DNA from: a virus
IMG/VR virus record: IMGVR_UViG_3300033153_009458
Coordinates: 64,001-128,000 of that record
Direction: 5' to 3' (one strand)
DNA: 64,000 nucleotides
Both the position numbers and the translations under genes were made by a program. Shown here piece after piece: positions 9,411 through 19,333 of the stretch. How positions within the stretch are numbered: position 1 is the first letter of the stretch; every line of letters starts with the position of its first letter. A model generated the notes under the pieces. The model was not told the origin of the DNA and made no database searches. It saw only the letters and a program-made list of their open reading frames with translations.

Positions 9411-10019
9411 TTAATCCCACATTTCAGAAATCATTCCGGTCCAAACGATTTCTTCTACATCTACAAAGTCGAAAAGTCGTTTATCTTCCATTCCTCTTGG
9501 TGGATTATGATCAACAATCATTTTACCTGTAATTCTCCACCACACTGAATCAGTACCCGATAAAGTAGCACCAACACCTTCTGTAGTAGTTACCATTGTA
9601 AATCCAGTATTAAAATCAATAGGACTGCTACCCCTTCCATTTGCTTGATATGTTACTGTTACAGGTACGACACCACCACCACTATTAGCCGCCGAATAAG
9701 GTGTACCAGCAATACCATTTAAAGTTGTAACAATAGCATCTGATACATCTTGAGCTGCATCACCACTCGAAATATCAATAGATTCATAAGATGTGAACAA
9801 TTCATTTAGAACAGGTTGATTTCCGCCAACATCTACATTGACCCAAAGACAATAGAATTCTTTATTATTTTCAGACCACATATAGAAATATTTACCATCT
9901 AAATTTCCACCAACATCTGCAATAGGTGTTATAGTGTCAACCTGTGCACCGGGTGTTGCATCAAATTTAGTCATCGTATCAACTAAAATCGTTTTGTATC
10001 CTTGAATTTTTACGTACAT
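9411..10019 (-). CDS. Putative virion structural/decoration protein, paralog 2
   Basis: As above; near-late promoter CATAAATA at 10053-10060. Confidence 0.65.
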   Translation of the reverse strand: MYVKIQGYKTILVDTMTKFDATPGAQVDTITPIADVGGNLDGKYFYMWSENNKEFYCLWVNVDVGGNQPVLNELFTSYESIDISSGDAAQDVSDAIVTTLNGIAGTPYSAANSGGGVVPVTVTYQANGRGSSPIDFNTGFTMVTTTEGVGATLSGTDSVWWRITGKMIVDHNPPRGMEDKRLFDFVDVEEIVWTGMISEMWD

Positions 10020-10061
10020 AATTTTACCTAATTATTTTAAAAGTCTTTCAGTTATTTATGT

Positions 10062-11777
10062 TTATTCTTTAATTTCGTTTAATTGAGAAAATCCACGTTC
10101 AATAGATGCTTCAAACACCCGATCTATTTTATCTGGATCGATTGCTGTACTATGTGAAATGGTAATAACCTCAATATTACTGTTTTCAGCTAAATCTTTA
10201 AGGATTTCGTACAGGACGTTTTCACCATCGGGATCTAAACCAGACGCAAATTCGTCAATAACCAGAACATTTGTTTTTGCTTTTGAATGTTTGATTTTAC
10301 AAAAATCCAGAAACGTGAACAGCAAAGCTGTATCAATCCGTTTCTTTTCACCTTCTGAAAAATTAAAATAAGAAAATTTTTCTTTAAATTTTGTATTAAT
10401 CTTAATATCGAAATCTGATGTCAACTCAAGTTCTAAATTAATTGCAAATTTCTGAAGGTACGTATTCAAGATTTTGTTGATCAAAGGCAGATACTTTTTA
10501 ATAATATGCGCTCGGATTCCTTCATCTTTTAATAACATTCCGATAGCCTGTGAATATTTTAAAGTCTCTAAATTTTCACCTTTTTTATCTCTAACAGCTG
10601 TCAATTTTTGTTGATGTAGTTTGTAATTACTCTCATCAATTTTAATATCAATTTGTTTCTTGGCGTTGGTCACTTCTTTTCTTAAAATATTTATCGAATT
10701 TTTACTAACATTGAGCTTGGTTAATATCCCTTCACGATTTGATATTAATTGTGATAAACGATCCATCTCTTTTTGTACAAGGTGTTGATCGTCTTTCAAT
10801 TCTCCAAGTGATTTAACGAAATTATTAATTTGTTCTTTTGTGTTGAGTATTCCCGGATCGTCGATTAACTCAATTACTTTCGGGCATCCTTCACATTTAT
10901 CTTCCATAAAAGCAATTTTACTTTCAAATACAACGACATCCTTTTCTAGATCTGAAAGTATAGATCGCATCCCATCGATCTCTGATTGCTTTAATTTCAT
11001 TGAATTTTTTTGTTCGCTTAGATCTTTATCACACTGGCTTAACATGCCTAAACCAGTCTTGAATTTTTGAACTTTATCTTTGTGCTTTGTTATTTGATCT
11101 TCTTTCTCTTGAATTTCGGTCTTTGATTTTGTTTCTAATTCTTCTTTAATTCGTTTTAATTTATCGAGATTTTCTTCTTCTTGCTTAATAAGCATTTGAA
11201 ATTTTTTCTCTTCACTATCTAACAAGCTCAAATCAGTGTCCAACTCACGGATTTTTTCTTTATTCAGATCACGCAACACGGATAACTGACTCAACTCAAA
11301 TAAATTTTCAATTAGTTCTCGCTTACTGGCTTTCGGTAAACTCACAAATGATGAATGTCGAGTCAATGACTTAACACTTATTTGTTGAAAAATATCTTCG
11401 TTGAATCCCATGATATCTTCCAGCATTGATTGATAATCGTAAAAAGTTGAAGACTGATTAATCAGCGTACCGTCACGATAAATTTCAAAATTCTTTGGTG
11501 ATATGCTTCTGATTACTTTAAAATTGGTCCGGCCAATGGAAAAGGTTAGTGAAACCTCTAGATCACTTTTGTTAATATTATTAACGAGTGTATCCAATTT
11601 GGCTTTACGGTAGGGTTTGCCGAATAAACAGAAGTAAAGGGCATCCAATACTGTTGATTTACCTTTTCCATTTGGACCGGTTATGCGTGTGATATTTCCT
11701 GGACTAAAAATATATTCGTGTGGCGAATTTCCGTAACTCAGAAAATTTCTCCACGTTAATTTTTTAAATACAATTAT
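10062..11777 (-). CDS. 46: Recombination nuclease ATPase subunit (gp46/SbcC-Rad50-like); start extended to ATA at 11777
   Basis: In-frame WRNFLSYGN and GPNGKGKST Walker A upstream of the track start; CEGC hook, FSEGEKKRID signature, VIDE, ISH. Confidence 0.92.
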   Translation of the reverse strand: MIVFKKLTWRNFLSYGNSPHEYIFSPGNITRITGPNGKGKSTVLDALYFCLFGKPYRKAKLDTLVNNINKSDLEVSLTFSIGRTNFKVIRSISPKNFEIYRDGTLINQSSTFYDYQSMLEDIMGFNEDIFQQISVKSLTRHSSFVSLPKASKRELIENLFELSQLSVLRDLNKEKIRELDTDLSLLDSEEKKFQMLIKQEEENLDKLKRIKEELETKSKTEIQEKEDQITKHKDKVQKFKTGLGMLSQCDKDLSEQKNSMKLKQSEIDGMRSILSDLEKDVVVFESKIAFMEDKCEGCPKVIELIDDPGILNTKEQINNFVKSLGELKDDQHLVQKEMDRLSQLISNREGILTKLNVSKNSINILRKEVTNAKKQIDIKIDESNYKLHQQKLTAVRDKKGENLETLKYSQAIGMLLKDEGIRAHIIKKYLPLINKILNTYLQKFAINLELELTSDFDIKINTKFKEKFSYFNFSEGEKKRIDTALLFTFLDFCKIKHSKAKTNVLVIDEFASGLDPDGENVLYEILKDLAENSNIEVITISHSTAIDPDKIDRVFEASIERGFSQLNEIKE

Positions 11778-11778
11778 T

Positions 11779-12573
11779 TTATTTCTCCTTGCAATTTAAA
11801 TTATGATATCTTTCAAAATTGTTTATTCCTATTGCTTTTTTACAATAAGGGCATTGTTTTTTAATATATTTTAATCCTAATTTTGCTTTGGACACACTTT
11901 CAGAAATTTTTTGTTTATGTGCATCTGTCAATTTAATACCTTTTTTGCTTTTGCTAATATTTTTTTTATGTTCAGGACTTTTTACTTTACCTTTAGCCGA
12001 TTTGCTCATTTTTATTTTTGTTTCTTCAGAATGTTTTTTACCTAACATATTTTTGTTACCTAATTTCGATAAACTGACATTTTTATTCCATTTTTCTGTA
12101 TGAAAAATATTTTTGTGTGCATTACCAATTTTATCTTTAGTTTCTTTAGAAAAAATTCTTCCTAATGCTTTTTTCTTTATTTTATCTTTTGTTTCATTTG
12201 AATGAACATAACCACTTCTAGTTATTACCGCTTTTTTAATTATATCAGGATGTCTTAAATAAGTCAAATCACGTTGTTTTGCTATATTAGACATTTTTAT
12301 TTTTGTTTCTTCAGAATGTTTTTTACCTAACATAGAAGGTGTTTTATATGTCCTATTTTTTATAATTTGTTTTAATATTTCTTCTTTACCTATTTGACCA
12401 GATAGTGCTTTCCAAGCAAGTTTATCTTGCCAGCGATCATATTCTTCGTACAAATATAAATGCACAGCTGCGTGTCCTGATATTGTTAAATAAACAAGAT
12501 TTGATGGATCGTCGGTACCACCTAAATGCTTAGGAATAATATGGTGTTTGTGTTTATAGATAACATTTATCAT
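11779..12573 (-). mobile_element. Free-standing HNH homing endonuclease with NUMOD3 repeats
   Basis: HKHHIIPKHLGG..NLV.LT..H; MLGKKHSEETKIKMS twice; C-terminal CPYC. Confidence 0.88.
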
Positions 12574-12599
12574 TAATGTTTCTCCAATAATTATAATAG

Positions 12600-12607
12600 T
12601 ATTTATA
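12600..12607 (-). promoter_or_regulatory. T4-type late promoter
   Basis: TATAAATA (within palindromic TATTTATAAATA) just upstream of the HNH gene. Confidence 0.65.
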
Positions 12608-12625
12608 AATATTGAATTTTCTTAC

Positions 12626-13735
12626 TTATGGGATTCCTTTTTCCTTACTGCTTTTAATTAATTCTTCCATCATTGACTTAATAATCACTGGATCAATACC
12701 ATCTTGAAAAGTAGCCGTAGTTAAAAAATTTATTATTATATCTGATAATTCTAATCCTTTTTGAATGTCTTGCTCTAATTGATCTTCGTCAATCTCTTCA
12801 ATAAATCCACTTTCATCAAGAATATCAACCCTGTCGTACGAATTTTCAGTGATTGTCTCAAATGTATGGCTTAATAATCCTTGATCTTTACTCTTTAATA
12901 CTATAAATTTTACATAGTTTGACTCACATATGTCAATAGCTTCTGGTAATGAAATATTTTGCGTCTTCGAATTGAAGCCAGAACACGATAATTTTAGTTG
13001 CCCATTTTCTTCATAAAATAATTTAATATGTTTTGGACTCGTTTTGTTTTTAATGTACTTCATTTCGAGATTATCATCTAATAACCAGAACCCTTTGCCT
13101 TGTGAAAAATCACCCCAATTATTTTGATAAGGTGCTCCGAGATACGTAAAATTGTGTCTCGATGACATAGCGTGATAGTGTCCAGAAACCACCTTTTTAT
13201 AGTCCTTAAAAAGCTCATAAGGGCTACCAGATTTCGATAACGTCTTTCCCTGCATCAAGGCACCAACAATCTCGAAATGGCCAGCTAGTAGGTCTACATC
13301 AACAGGTCGGGGTAGTTTCATCGCATCTAAATCTGTTACCCACGGAACGAACCCAATTTTGTGTGGACCTATCCTTAAAATCTTATTTTCAGCGATTGGA
13401 TGGATGTATTTGTAATTTCCCATACTACTAGTCTGAAAATTACACTCGATAGTATTTTTGTAAAATGAATCGTGATTCCCTACAAGACTGTATAAATTCA
13501 CTTCGTTGTCATCGAACCATTGAAAGAATTCAGTTTTTAATGTATGTAACAAGTATAAGTCTATACTGTTTCTATTGTGCACCATATCACCGAGATGTAT
13601 AACATCTTTGATCTTGTGTTTTAAAATATACGGAAAAAAATCTTTTTTAAAATAATCCATTTGCATATTAAAAACCGGTTTTGAAAAGGACCGGCTACCA
13701 AAATGTGTATCACTGATCAGCACTATTTTATTCAT
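12626..13735 (-). CDS. 47: Recombination nuclease subunit (gp47/SbcD-Mre11-like)
   Basis: SDTHFG, GDMVHNR, GNHD, GHFE, SGHYH metallophosphoesterase motifs. Confidence 0.95.
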   Translation of the reverse strand: MNKIVLISDTHFGSRSFSKPVFNMQMDYFKKDFFPYILKHKIKDVIHLGDMVHNRNSIDLYLLHTLKTEFFQWFDDNEVNLYSLVGNHDSFYKNTIECNFQTSSMGNYKYIHPIAENKILRIGPHKIGFVPWVTDLDAMKLPRPVDVDLLAGHFEIVGALMQGKTLSKSGSPYELFKDYKKVVSGHYHAMSSRHNFTYLGAPYQNNWGDFSQGKGFWLLDDNLEMKYIKNKTSPKHIKLFYEENGQLKLSCSGFNSKTQNISLPEAIDICESNYVKFIVLKSKDQGLLSHTFETITENSYDRVDILDESGFIEEIDEDQLEQDIQKGLELSDIIINFLTTATFQDGIDPVIIKSMMEELIKSSKEKGIP

Positions 13736-13747
13736 TTTATTTATTTT

Positions 13748-14212
13748 TTAATATATTAAATAATTTATAACTTTTTCAAGTATTTCTAAAGTTTCAGTGG
13801 ATTTTTCTTTTTCAAAATGGGCTATCGATGTATTACATCTCATACATAACAATCCACGTATAACTATTTTGTCTTTAATATAATGATCATGATCGACAGC
13901 AAAATCATTACCACTGCTACATTTATTTGTTCCACATATAACACATTTATAATCTTGTTTTTTTAATAAAAAATTATAATCTTCTATTGTCATGTCATAT
14001 TGTTTCAAGTTTCTGATTTTATCTACTTTTTTTACTCTTTCTGCATTTTCTTTTTTCCATTTTTTAATTCGTTTAGGATGGCAAATTATACAATTAGAAC
14101 CCTTTGTAGTTTTTTCTGTTTGTCCACACCATTTACATGGTTTTCCATGATATGTTTTTAATCCTTTTTCAATAGCTTCTTGTTTATTTTTATTAAATTT
14201 TTCATTTCTCAT
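13748..14212 (-). mobile_element. Endonuclease VII-type HNH, probably a free-standing homing endonuclease
   Basis: CVICG...VDHDH...IRGLLCMRCN with N-terminal CKWC/CIIC zinc finger. Confidence 0.75.
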
Positions 14213-14802
14213 ATTTTAATTTGATCGGTGTTAGAAGTATGGTCTATATATTCACCGTCTTTGTCACGGTTGCTTTTAACAATATTATTCCAATTTAATT
14301 TTTCAGCGTTAGTCATACTTTCTTTGACTTGCTCAAATTTGTAATCGGCGTATTTTTTCTCTTTATTCAGGAATTGTTTAAAAGCATTGAAGACAACTTG
14401 TGAAAAGTAAGCAAACGCATTATTCGATTTCGTAGGATCGAAATTGTGTGCGTACTTCACACACAAGAACAATGCATCACCTTTCATATCTTCTAGATAG
14501 GTATAGCCCATGAAATTGGGTCTTGAGCCGATATGGTTCACTAATTTCATAAAGCTTTCGGCTACATCATTAGGCATATTAGCAACAGCTTGTTTATATG
14601 CTTCATCCCGGCGAGCTTCTAATTTCTTAATGAACATAGGATCTATTTTCAATAATTCTGCTTTTCTTCCTTTATCTTGTTTTATATTGAAAATTTCTTT
14701 CGAAATAATTTTCATACCCCGAATATCATCTGTCTGTACCCATCGAACTATTTTCTTCGTGAAATCAGCGTTATTGATGTAATGTGGCCTACGTTTTGCC
14801 AT
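14209..14802 (-). CDS. 55: Late-transcription sigma factor (gp55-like)
   Basis: HYINNADF, PNFMGYTYLEDM, KYAHNFD, NAFAYFSQVVFNAF. Confidence 0.93.
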   Translation of the reverse strand: MAKRRPHYINNADFTKKIVRWVQTDDIRGMKIISKEIFNIKQDKGRKAELLKIDPMFIKKLEARRDEAYKQAVANMPNDVAESFMKLVNHIGSRPNFMGYTYLEDMKGDALFLCVKYAHNFDPTKSNNAFAYFSQVVFNAFKQFLNKEKKYADYKFEQVKESMTNAEKLNWNNIVKSNRDKDGEYIDHTSNTDQIKI

Positions 14803-14830
14803 AGTTCTCCAAAAGTGTTGTCATACAATT

Positions 14831-14859
14831 ATTATACCAACAAATAGCACACAAGTCAA
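14831..14859 (-). promoter_or_regulatory. sigma70-type promoter for gene 55
   Basis: TTGACT-17-TATAAT with TGn extension. Confidence 0.75.
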
Positions 14860-14861
14860 CT

Positions 14862-15797
14862 TTATAATATTAAAGGAACAGTTGTTTGAGTTATGTCATC
14901 GTAACCTTCTTCTTTGTAAAATTTCTTACGCTCTTTGTAGTGTTTTAATCCATAATTTAGGTATTTTTTAACTCTTGTATTCTCTATATAAGAGTATTCA
15001 AGATCATCAATAAGATCATAAACAGTCACTTGATCTTTCGAATCATTTATTCTAAGACCACGGCCAATGCTTTGTATGACTTTGATTTTTGATTTGTAAT
15101 TAGCGGCCAGAACAATATTATGGATATTTTTAATACTAACACCTTGTGAAAAAGTACCGTACGACACAACAGAAACAATATTGTCGTTGTTTTCCATCGT
15201 GACCCTGACTTGCTCTCTGTCATCCTTGTGTACATCACCGTCTACGTACAGCACCTTTTTATTGCCTGTTAGTTTCAAAGCTTTTTCGATATTTTTTCCT
15301 TGCACAATCCGAGTGAATAACACAATTGTATTTCCTTTGAGTTTCCCAACAAGCATAGAAATAAACTTATCCCGGTGTTCCATATCGTTGATGTATTCGA
15401 TCTCTTGCATAAAGTTTTTTGAATTTTTTTCAAAATTATCCCTTGCAATTGCCAATGGATGTTTTAGGAATACGTCTTTAATTTTTAAACCAGCAACTCG
15501 TTTCTTTTCTCTTAGCTCTTTATAATTTGTGTATCTCTTTGTTGGACCCATTGCACCAACAATTGAAAACCAATCTAGCGAACGCTCATCAGGGTACGTT
15601 GCACTCAATCCAATTCTATAAAAAGCATTACTACATTTTTTTGATATTGTTTGAATCTCTTTAGCAGTGGCACCGTGGCACTCATCAATCATCAAAGCGT
15701 TGAATTGTTTGAAATAGTCTGGAGTCATTTTTTGCATAGACTGCCACGTAGAAATATAAATTTTTTGTTTTCTTTTAATTAATTTTTTAATTTTCAT
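14862..15797 (-). CDS. uvsW: UvsW SF2 helicase, C-terminal part
   Basis: ISTWQS, IDECH, GLSAT, SYGTFSQGVSI, QSIGRGLR. Confidence 0.92.
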   Translation of the reverse strand: MKIKKLIKRKQKIYISTWQSMQKMTPDYFKQFNALMIDECHGATAKEIQTISKKCSNAFYRIGLSATYPDERSLDWFSIVGAMGPTKRYTNYKELREKKRVAGLKIKDVFLKHPLAIARDNFEKNSKNFMQEIEYINDMEHRDKFISMLVGKLKGNTIVLFTRIVQGKNIEKALKLTGNKKVLYVDGDVHKDDREQVRVTMENNDNIVSVVSYGTFSQGVSIKNIHNIVLAANYKSKIKVIQSIGRGLRINDSKDQVTVYDLIDDLEYSYIENTRVKKYLNYGLKHYKERKKFYKEEGYDDITQTTVPLIL

Positions 15798-16593
15798 ATA
15801 TCCTTTCTATATAACAACCTTTATAATTACCTTTTGGGATCGCTATATTTTTCTTTAAAATAGTGTAAAAATAACTACTTGAAATACCTAAAAATTCATA
15901 TACTTTAAACATTCCATCTGATATATCTAACCGAATTCTATCATCTTTAGTTTTAAGAAAATATGAAAGTTTTTTTCTAGTATAATGATTGTTGCCAGAT
16001 GTTTTAGCGACTTTTTTTGCTATTGATTCATTATTATGCATAGGATTATTAAATTCAAATACATTTGTTCCCCTTTCTTTTCTTGTATTCATAGTTTTTT
16101 TATGAATTTCTTTATTTTTAAATGGGCTATGTTTTTTGAGATGATTACTATGGGCTATTTTTCTTTCTTCAGTCCAAGAATCTTTAATTTTAATACTGTG
16201 TAATTTTCTATTTTTTTCGTAAGAGAAAAATTCTTTCATTTTAACCGAGACTATTTTTGCTCTCTTTTTCTTTAAGTTTTCATATATAACAGAATTTATT
16301 TTATGATATCTTTCATAAGTTGATTTAGATTTCATTGACATTGCTGTAAAAGCACAAAGCATTTTATAGTAAAACGGTGATTTCACAGCCTTTACAAGCA
16401 AAAGATGTGCAATATAATGTTCTCTTGCTGATAATACAATTATATTATCTTTATCATTTGACCCCCCACAAGATTTAGGGATAATATGATGATGTTCTAC
16501 ATAAGTTGATATTAATTTTCTTTCTTTGGATACTAATTCAACATACCATTTTGAATATTTGTTATTTTTTAAAATATTGTGTAATCCATTCAT
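15787..16593 (-). mobile_element. MobE-like HNH homing endonuclease interrupting uvsW
   Basis: EHHHIIPKSCGGSNDKDNIIVLSAREHYIAHLLL; overlaps both uvsW parts. Confidence 0.88.
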
Positions 16594-17314
16594 CTTCTAT
16601 TTCATCTGTTTCTGATAAGTTTTTTGCATATATTATTTTTTTTTCAGTGTTATTTATAACAGTAAGAGAATCATTGCCATGTAATGAAATAGTTTTATTA
16701 TTTTCTAATATAATTTCAATATCTTTTGTTTTATTAAACTTATCTTGTCCACCATAAATCCGGTGACAATTATCATATGGATTAACTAGCCCATATTCCA
16801 TGAAGTCCTGAAACAGCTGATCTACCAAATGAATCGTCGGGACAATGATTAAAATTTTGTGATCGCTAAACGCAATAAAACATGCTATAATATATTGTAT
16901 AAGACTTTTTCCACCGGATGTTGGAACAGTAATGCATAATTTTGTTTTTGATACTGCTTCATAAGCTGCTTGTTCTTGGAATTCGTATAGATCAAATGGT
17001 AATTTAAGATCTTTTATATATTCGTTGAACTCATCTCGATCTACATCCTGTTTATCGTTAAAATCAATATAGATGGAATAATCACCACCAATGGCAAATT
17101 TCTGTAATTCTTTTAATAGACCAATTGGTAAAATATTTTTATGTAAGGCAGACATTTTTCCACTCCATCCCTTTTTGAATGCTGGCATGAATTGGTAATT
17201 GTCTACATAAGCACTAAAGTTTTCTTTAATTTCATTTAGTATTCTAGGATCTGTTTTTATGAGTACACTTGCTTCATCTCGTTTATGCACAGTTATATCA
17301 GATATTTTCTGCAT
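16562..17314 (-). CDS. uvsW: UvsW SF2 helicase, N-terminal part with Hint-like C-terminal extension
   Basis: YQFMPAFKKGWSG, LYEFQ, PTSGGKS Walker A, IIVPTIHLVDQ. Confidence 0.92.
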   Translation of the reverse strand: MQKISDITVHKRDEASVLIKTDPRILNEIKENFSAYVDNYQFMPAFKKGWSGKMSALHKNILPIGLLKELQKFAIGGDYSIYIDFNDKQDVDRDEFNEYIKDLKLPFDLYEFQEQAAYEAVSKTKLCITVPTSGGKSLIQYIIACFIAFSDHKILIIVPTIHLVDQLFQDFMEYGLVNPYDNCHRIYGGQDKFNKTKDIEIILENNKTISLHGNDSLTVINNTEKKIIYAKNLSETDEIEDEWITQYFKK

Positions 17315-17382
17315 TGTTTGACATACATCATTAAATATGATATTATTATTATTATGTTCTTAAATATAAAATATTATTTATG

Positions 17383-17562
17383 TTATTGAAAATTCATTCT
17401 TTTCTTTATGTACTCTCTGTGGTGTTTTTGTAATTCTATTTTAATTCTTTCTTTTTTGTATGGCTTTATTGTATTTTGAATCAATAATTTTAATTCATCA
17501 AGGGTTTTTATATTTTTTAATCTATAATTTATTTTTTGTTTTGTTCGTTTTCTTTTTTTCAT
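17383..17562 (-). CDS. 59-aa basic hypothetical protein (not in track)
   Basis: Manual translation MKKRKRTKQKINYRL...; very AT-rich, no clear SD. Confidence 0.35.
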   Translation of the reverse strand: MKKRKRTKQKINYRLKNIKTLDELKLLIQNTIKPYKKERIKIELQKHHREYIKKRMNFQ

Positions 17563-17617
17563 TATTTTTTAAACTTGTAAATTTATAAGTTTATTTAAAT
17601 CTCGAAGTTGTGCCTTT

Positions 17618-18109
17618 TTATCGGCCTTCTCTCCAATCTCTTTCTTTTTGGTATCTCTGAATTTCCCATTGTTTCTGATTCAAATTATTCACTGCATTTT
17701 CGCAGTACACCATCATAGCTTTCATTTGTTTGTGTAATGTAGATATATATTCATATCTCGGATCAGATTCAATGAACATGTTCATTTCGTCTTTATTGTC
17801 TATTTTGATGTCGTAGTCTTTTTTGTAAAATTCGAAGAGATCCCGACGAATCTTTTGCATATTCTGGTATACGTGGTTTCTTTTAGTCTCGAAGTCTGTC
17901 AATTTGTTAATCCATTTCCCTTTTAGTGATCCTAAATTAGATAAGACTTCACCCATATTAGTTTCATCAAAAGGTGCACAATCCTTTATATATTGCTCTT
18001 TTAGGCTTTCTATTTTCTGGTCTAATGTTTCGACAGATTTTTTTGATTGGTTAGATACTGATTGATACTTGGTATCAAGCTCATTTTCTTTATCTTGAAG
18101 TGTTTTCAT
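17618..18109 (-). CDS. uvsY: UvsY recombination mediator
   Basis: Helical, adjacent to uvsW; C-terminal ...NQKQWEI...WREGR resembles T4 UvsY ...SRGFAI...FEAGK. Confidence 0.75.
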   Translation of the reverse strand: MKTLQDKENELDTKYQSVSNQSKKSVETLDQKIESLKEQYIKDCAPFDETNMGEVLSNLGSLKGKWINKLTDFETKRNHVYQNMQKIRRDLFEFYKKDYDIKIDNKDEMNMFIESDPRYEYISTLHKQMKAMMVYCENAVNNLNQKQWEIQRYQKERDWREGR

Positions 18110-18141
18110 TAGTTTTACCTGTTTATGTGTTTCGTTATTTT

Positions 18142-18176
18142 TATTTATAACAGCAAATCGTCTGCTTTTATAAATA
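18142..18176. promoter_or_regulatory. Divergent pair of late promoters
   Basis: TATAAATA on minus (18142-18149) and plus (18169-18176) strands at the strand switch. Confidence 0.75.
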
Positions 18177-18201
18177 TATTAAACACTACTTTATATAAAC
18201 T

Positions 18202-18576
18202 ATGGATTACGAAATGATATCTTTTGAAGAAATGCTCGAAGAAGCTCACGAGCAAATATTAATAGAAAGGAGAACTGTTCAAAAACTGAAGAAAGTTCTT
18301 GCTTGGTCTAAAAAAATCACTAAATTAGGTGCTAGAAGGAATAGAGCAGCTTTTAAGAGAACACACGGCACATCAGGACAGAAAATTAAGACCAGATCGA
18401 AATCAACTATTCGTAAAATGGCTAGAAATCTTAAGAAAATTTCACGTCGAACAAAACAAAAAAGAAAAACTTCAGTAAGAGTAGGCAAAAATGTTGGACG
18501 GACTATCCGAAATTTGATCGGTAAAGAACGTCAAAAGCAAAGAAACAGAGGCGTTAAGAACATTGAACATCGGTAA
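18202..18576 (+). CDS. Basic protein, possibly gp68-like prohead core protein
   Basis: Acidic N-terminus ending ILIE, then K/R-rich body (RNRAAFKRTHG); late promoter. Confidence 0.45.
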   Translation: MDYEMISFEEMLEEAHEQILIERRTVQKLKKVLAWSKKITKLGARRNRAAFKRTHGTSGQKIKTRSKSTIRKMARNLKKISRRTKQKRKTSVRVGKNVGRTIRNLIGKERQKQRNRGVKNIEHR

Positions 18577-18579
18577 CTA

Positions 18580-19296
18580 ATGACTTTACCAGTTAGTGAA
18601 GCAAAAAAAATATTTCAAAATCCAAATTTTTTAGATTATAGAGAAAAATCAGCTTATCTATATTTTGCGGGTGATGGTAAAAAACTCAAAGTAGGCGATA
18701 TAGTGGCTGATCAGTATAACATACTAGGGTACGTGAAATTTATGTCTGAAGAAAAAGGGGCGTTTGTGCAATTCATTGATGGAATTGAAGGGTACACCAA
18801 AGAATTAAATTTAAAATTTAATCGGGTGCCGGGTGCAAATATCAATCAATTTTCACAACACGTAACTAAATTTGGTGAACTCGCCAAGGTGGGTCGAATT
18901 ATGGTGGAGTCCTTGAAAAAGACATTCCCACACGCTCATATGTTTAATAACGGTGAACAGATATTTGTAAGGGCATCAACAAATAAAAGAATAGTCACAC
19001 AATTTACTAAAGTGCAATTAGCGCACTCACATTCATTTTTTTCAGCTGTATTGATACCGAGATTTAAGGTTGTGATTGATTCTTTTATTGTTAAGTACGC
19101 TGATCAAAAAAGCCGGTTCTCTTACACAACTTTAAAAAATTTATTTCAAGATTTAGATCAAGGATTAGACAACAGATCAAGATTCAAATGGCATATAGAA
19201 ATAGGACACGATGACAGCTATAATTTATTCGTTTGGCGGGTAATTCACAAAACTTTTTCAAAATTTCAATTCAAAGATATAGAACACAAAAACTAA
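18580..19296 (+). CDS. Hypothetical protein
   Basis: 238-aa ORF in late operon. Confidence 0.7.
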   Translation: MTLPVSEAKKIFQNPNFLDYREKSAYLYFAGDGKKLKVGDIVADQYNILGYVKFMSEEKGAFVQFIDGIEGYTKELNLKFNRVPGANINQFSQHVTKFGELAKVGRIMVESLKKTFPHAHMFNNGEQIFVRASTNKRIVTQFTKVQLAHSHSFFSAVLIPRFKVVIDSFIVKYADQKSRFSYTTLKNLFQDLDQGLDNRSRFKWHIEIGHDDSYNLFVWRVIHKTFSKFQFKDIEHKN

Positions 19297-19333
19297 CTCA
19301 ATAAATGAAAACATATAATTTCTGGAGAAAAAC

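Noticed and set aside
8791-10019. Diversity-generating retroelement TR/VR pair
   Set aside because: No reverse transcriptase in the window; differences are mostly synonymous and not adenine-specific
15787-16593. Group I intron or canonical intein in uvsW
   Set aside because: HNH ORF overlaps both halves in other frames with no non-coding core; no C/S start block or HN-C/S/T junction
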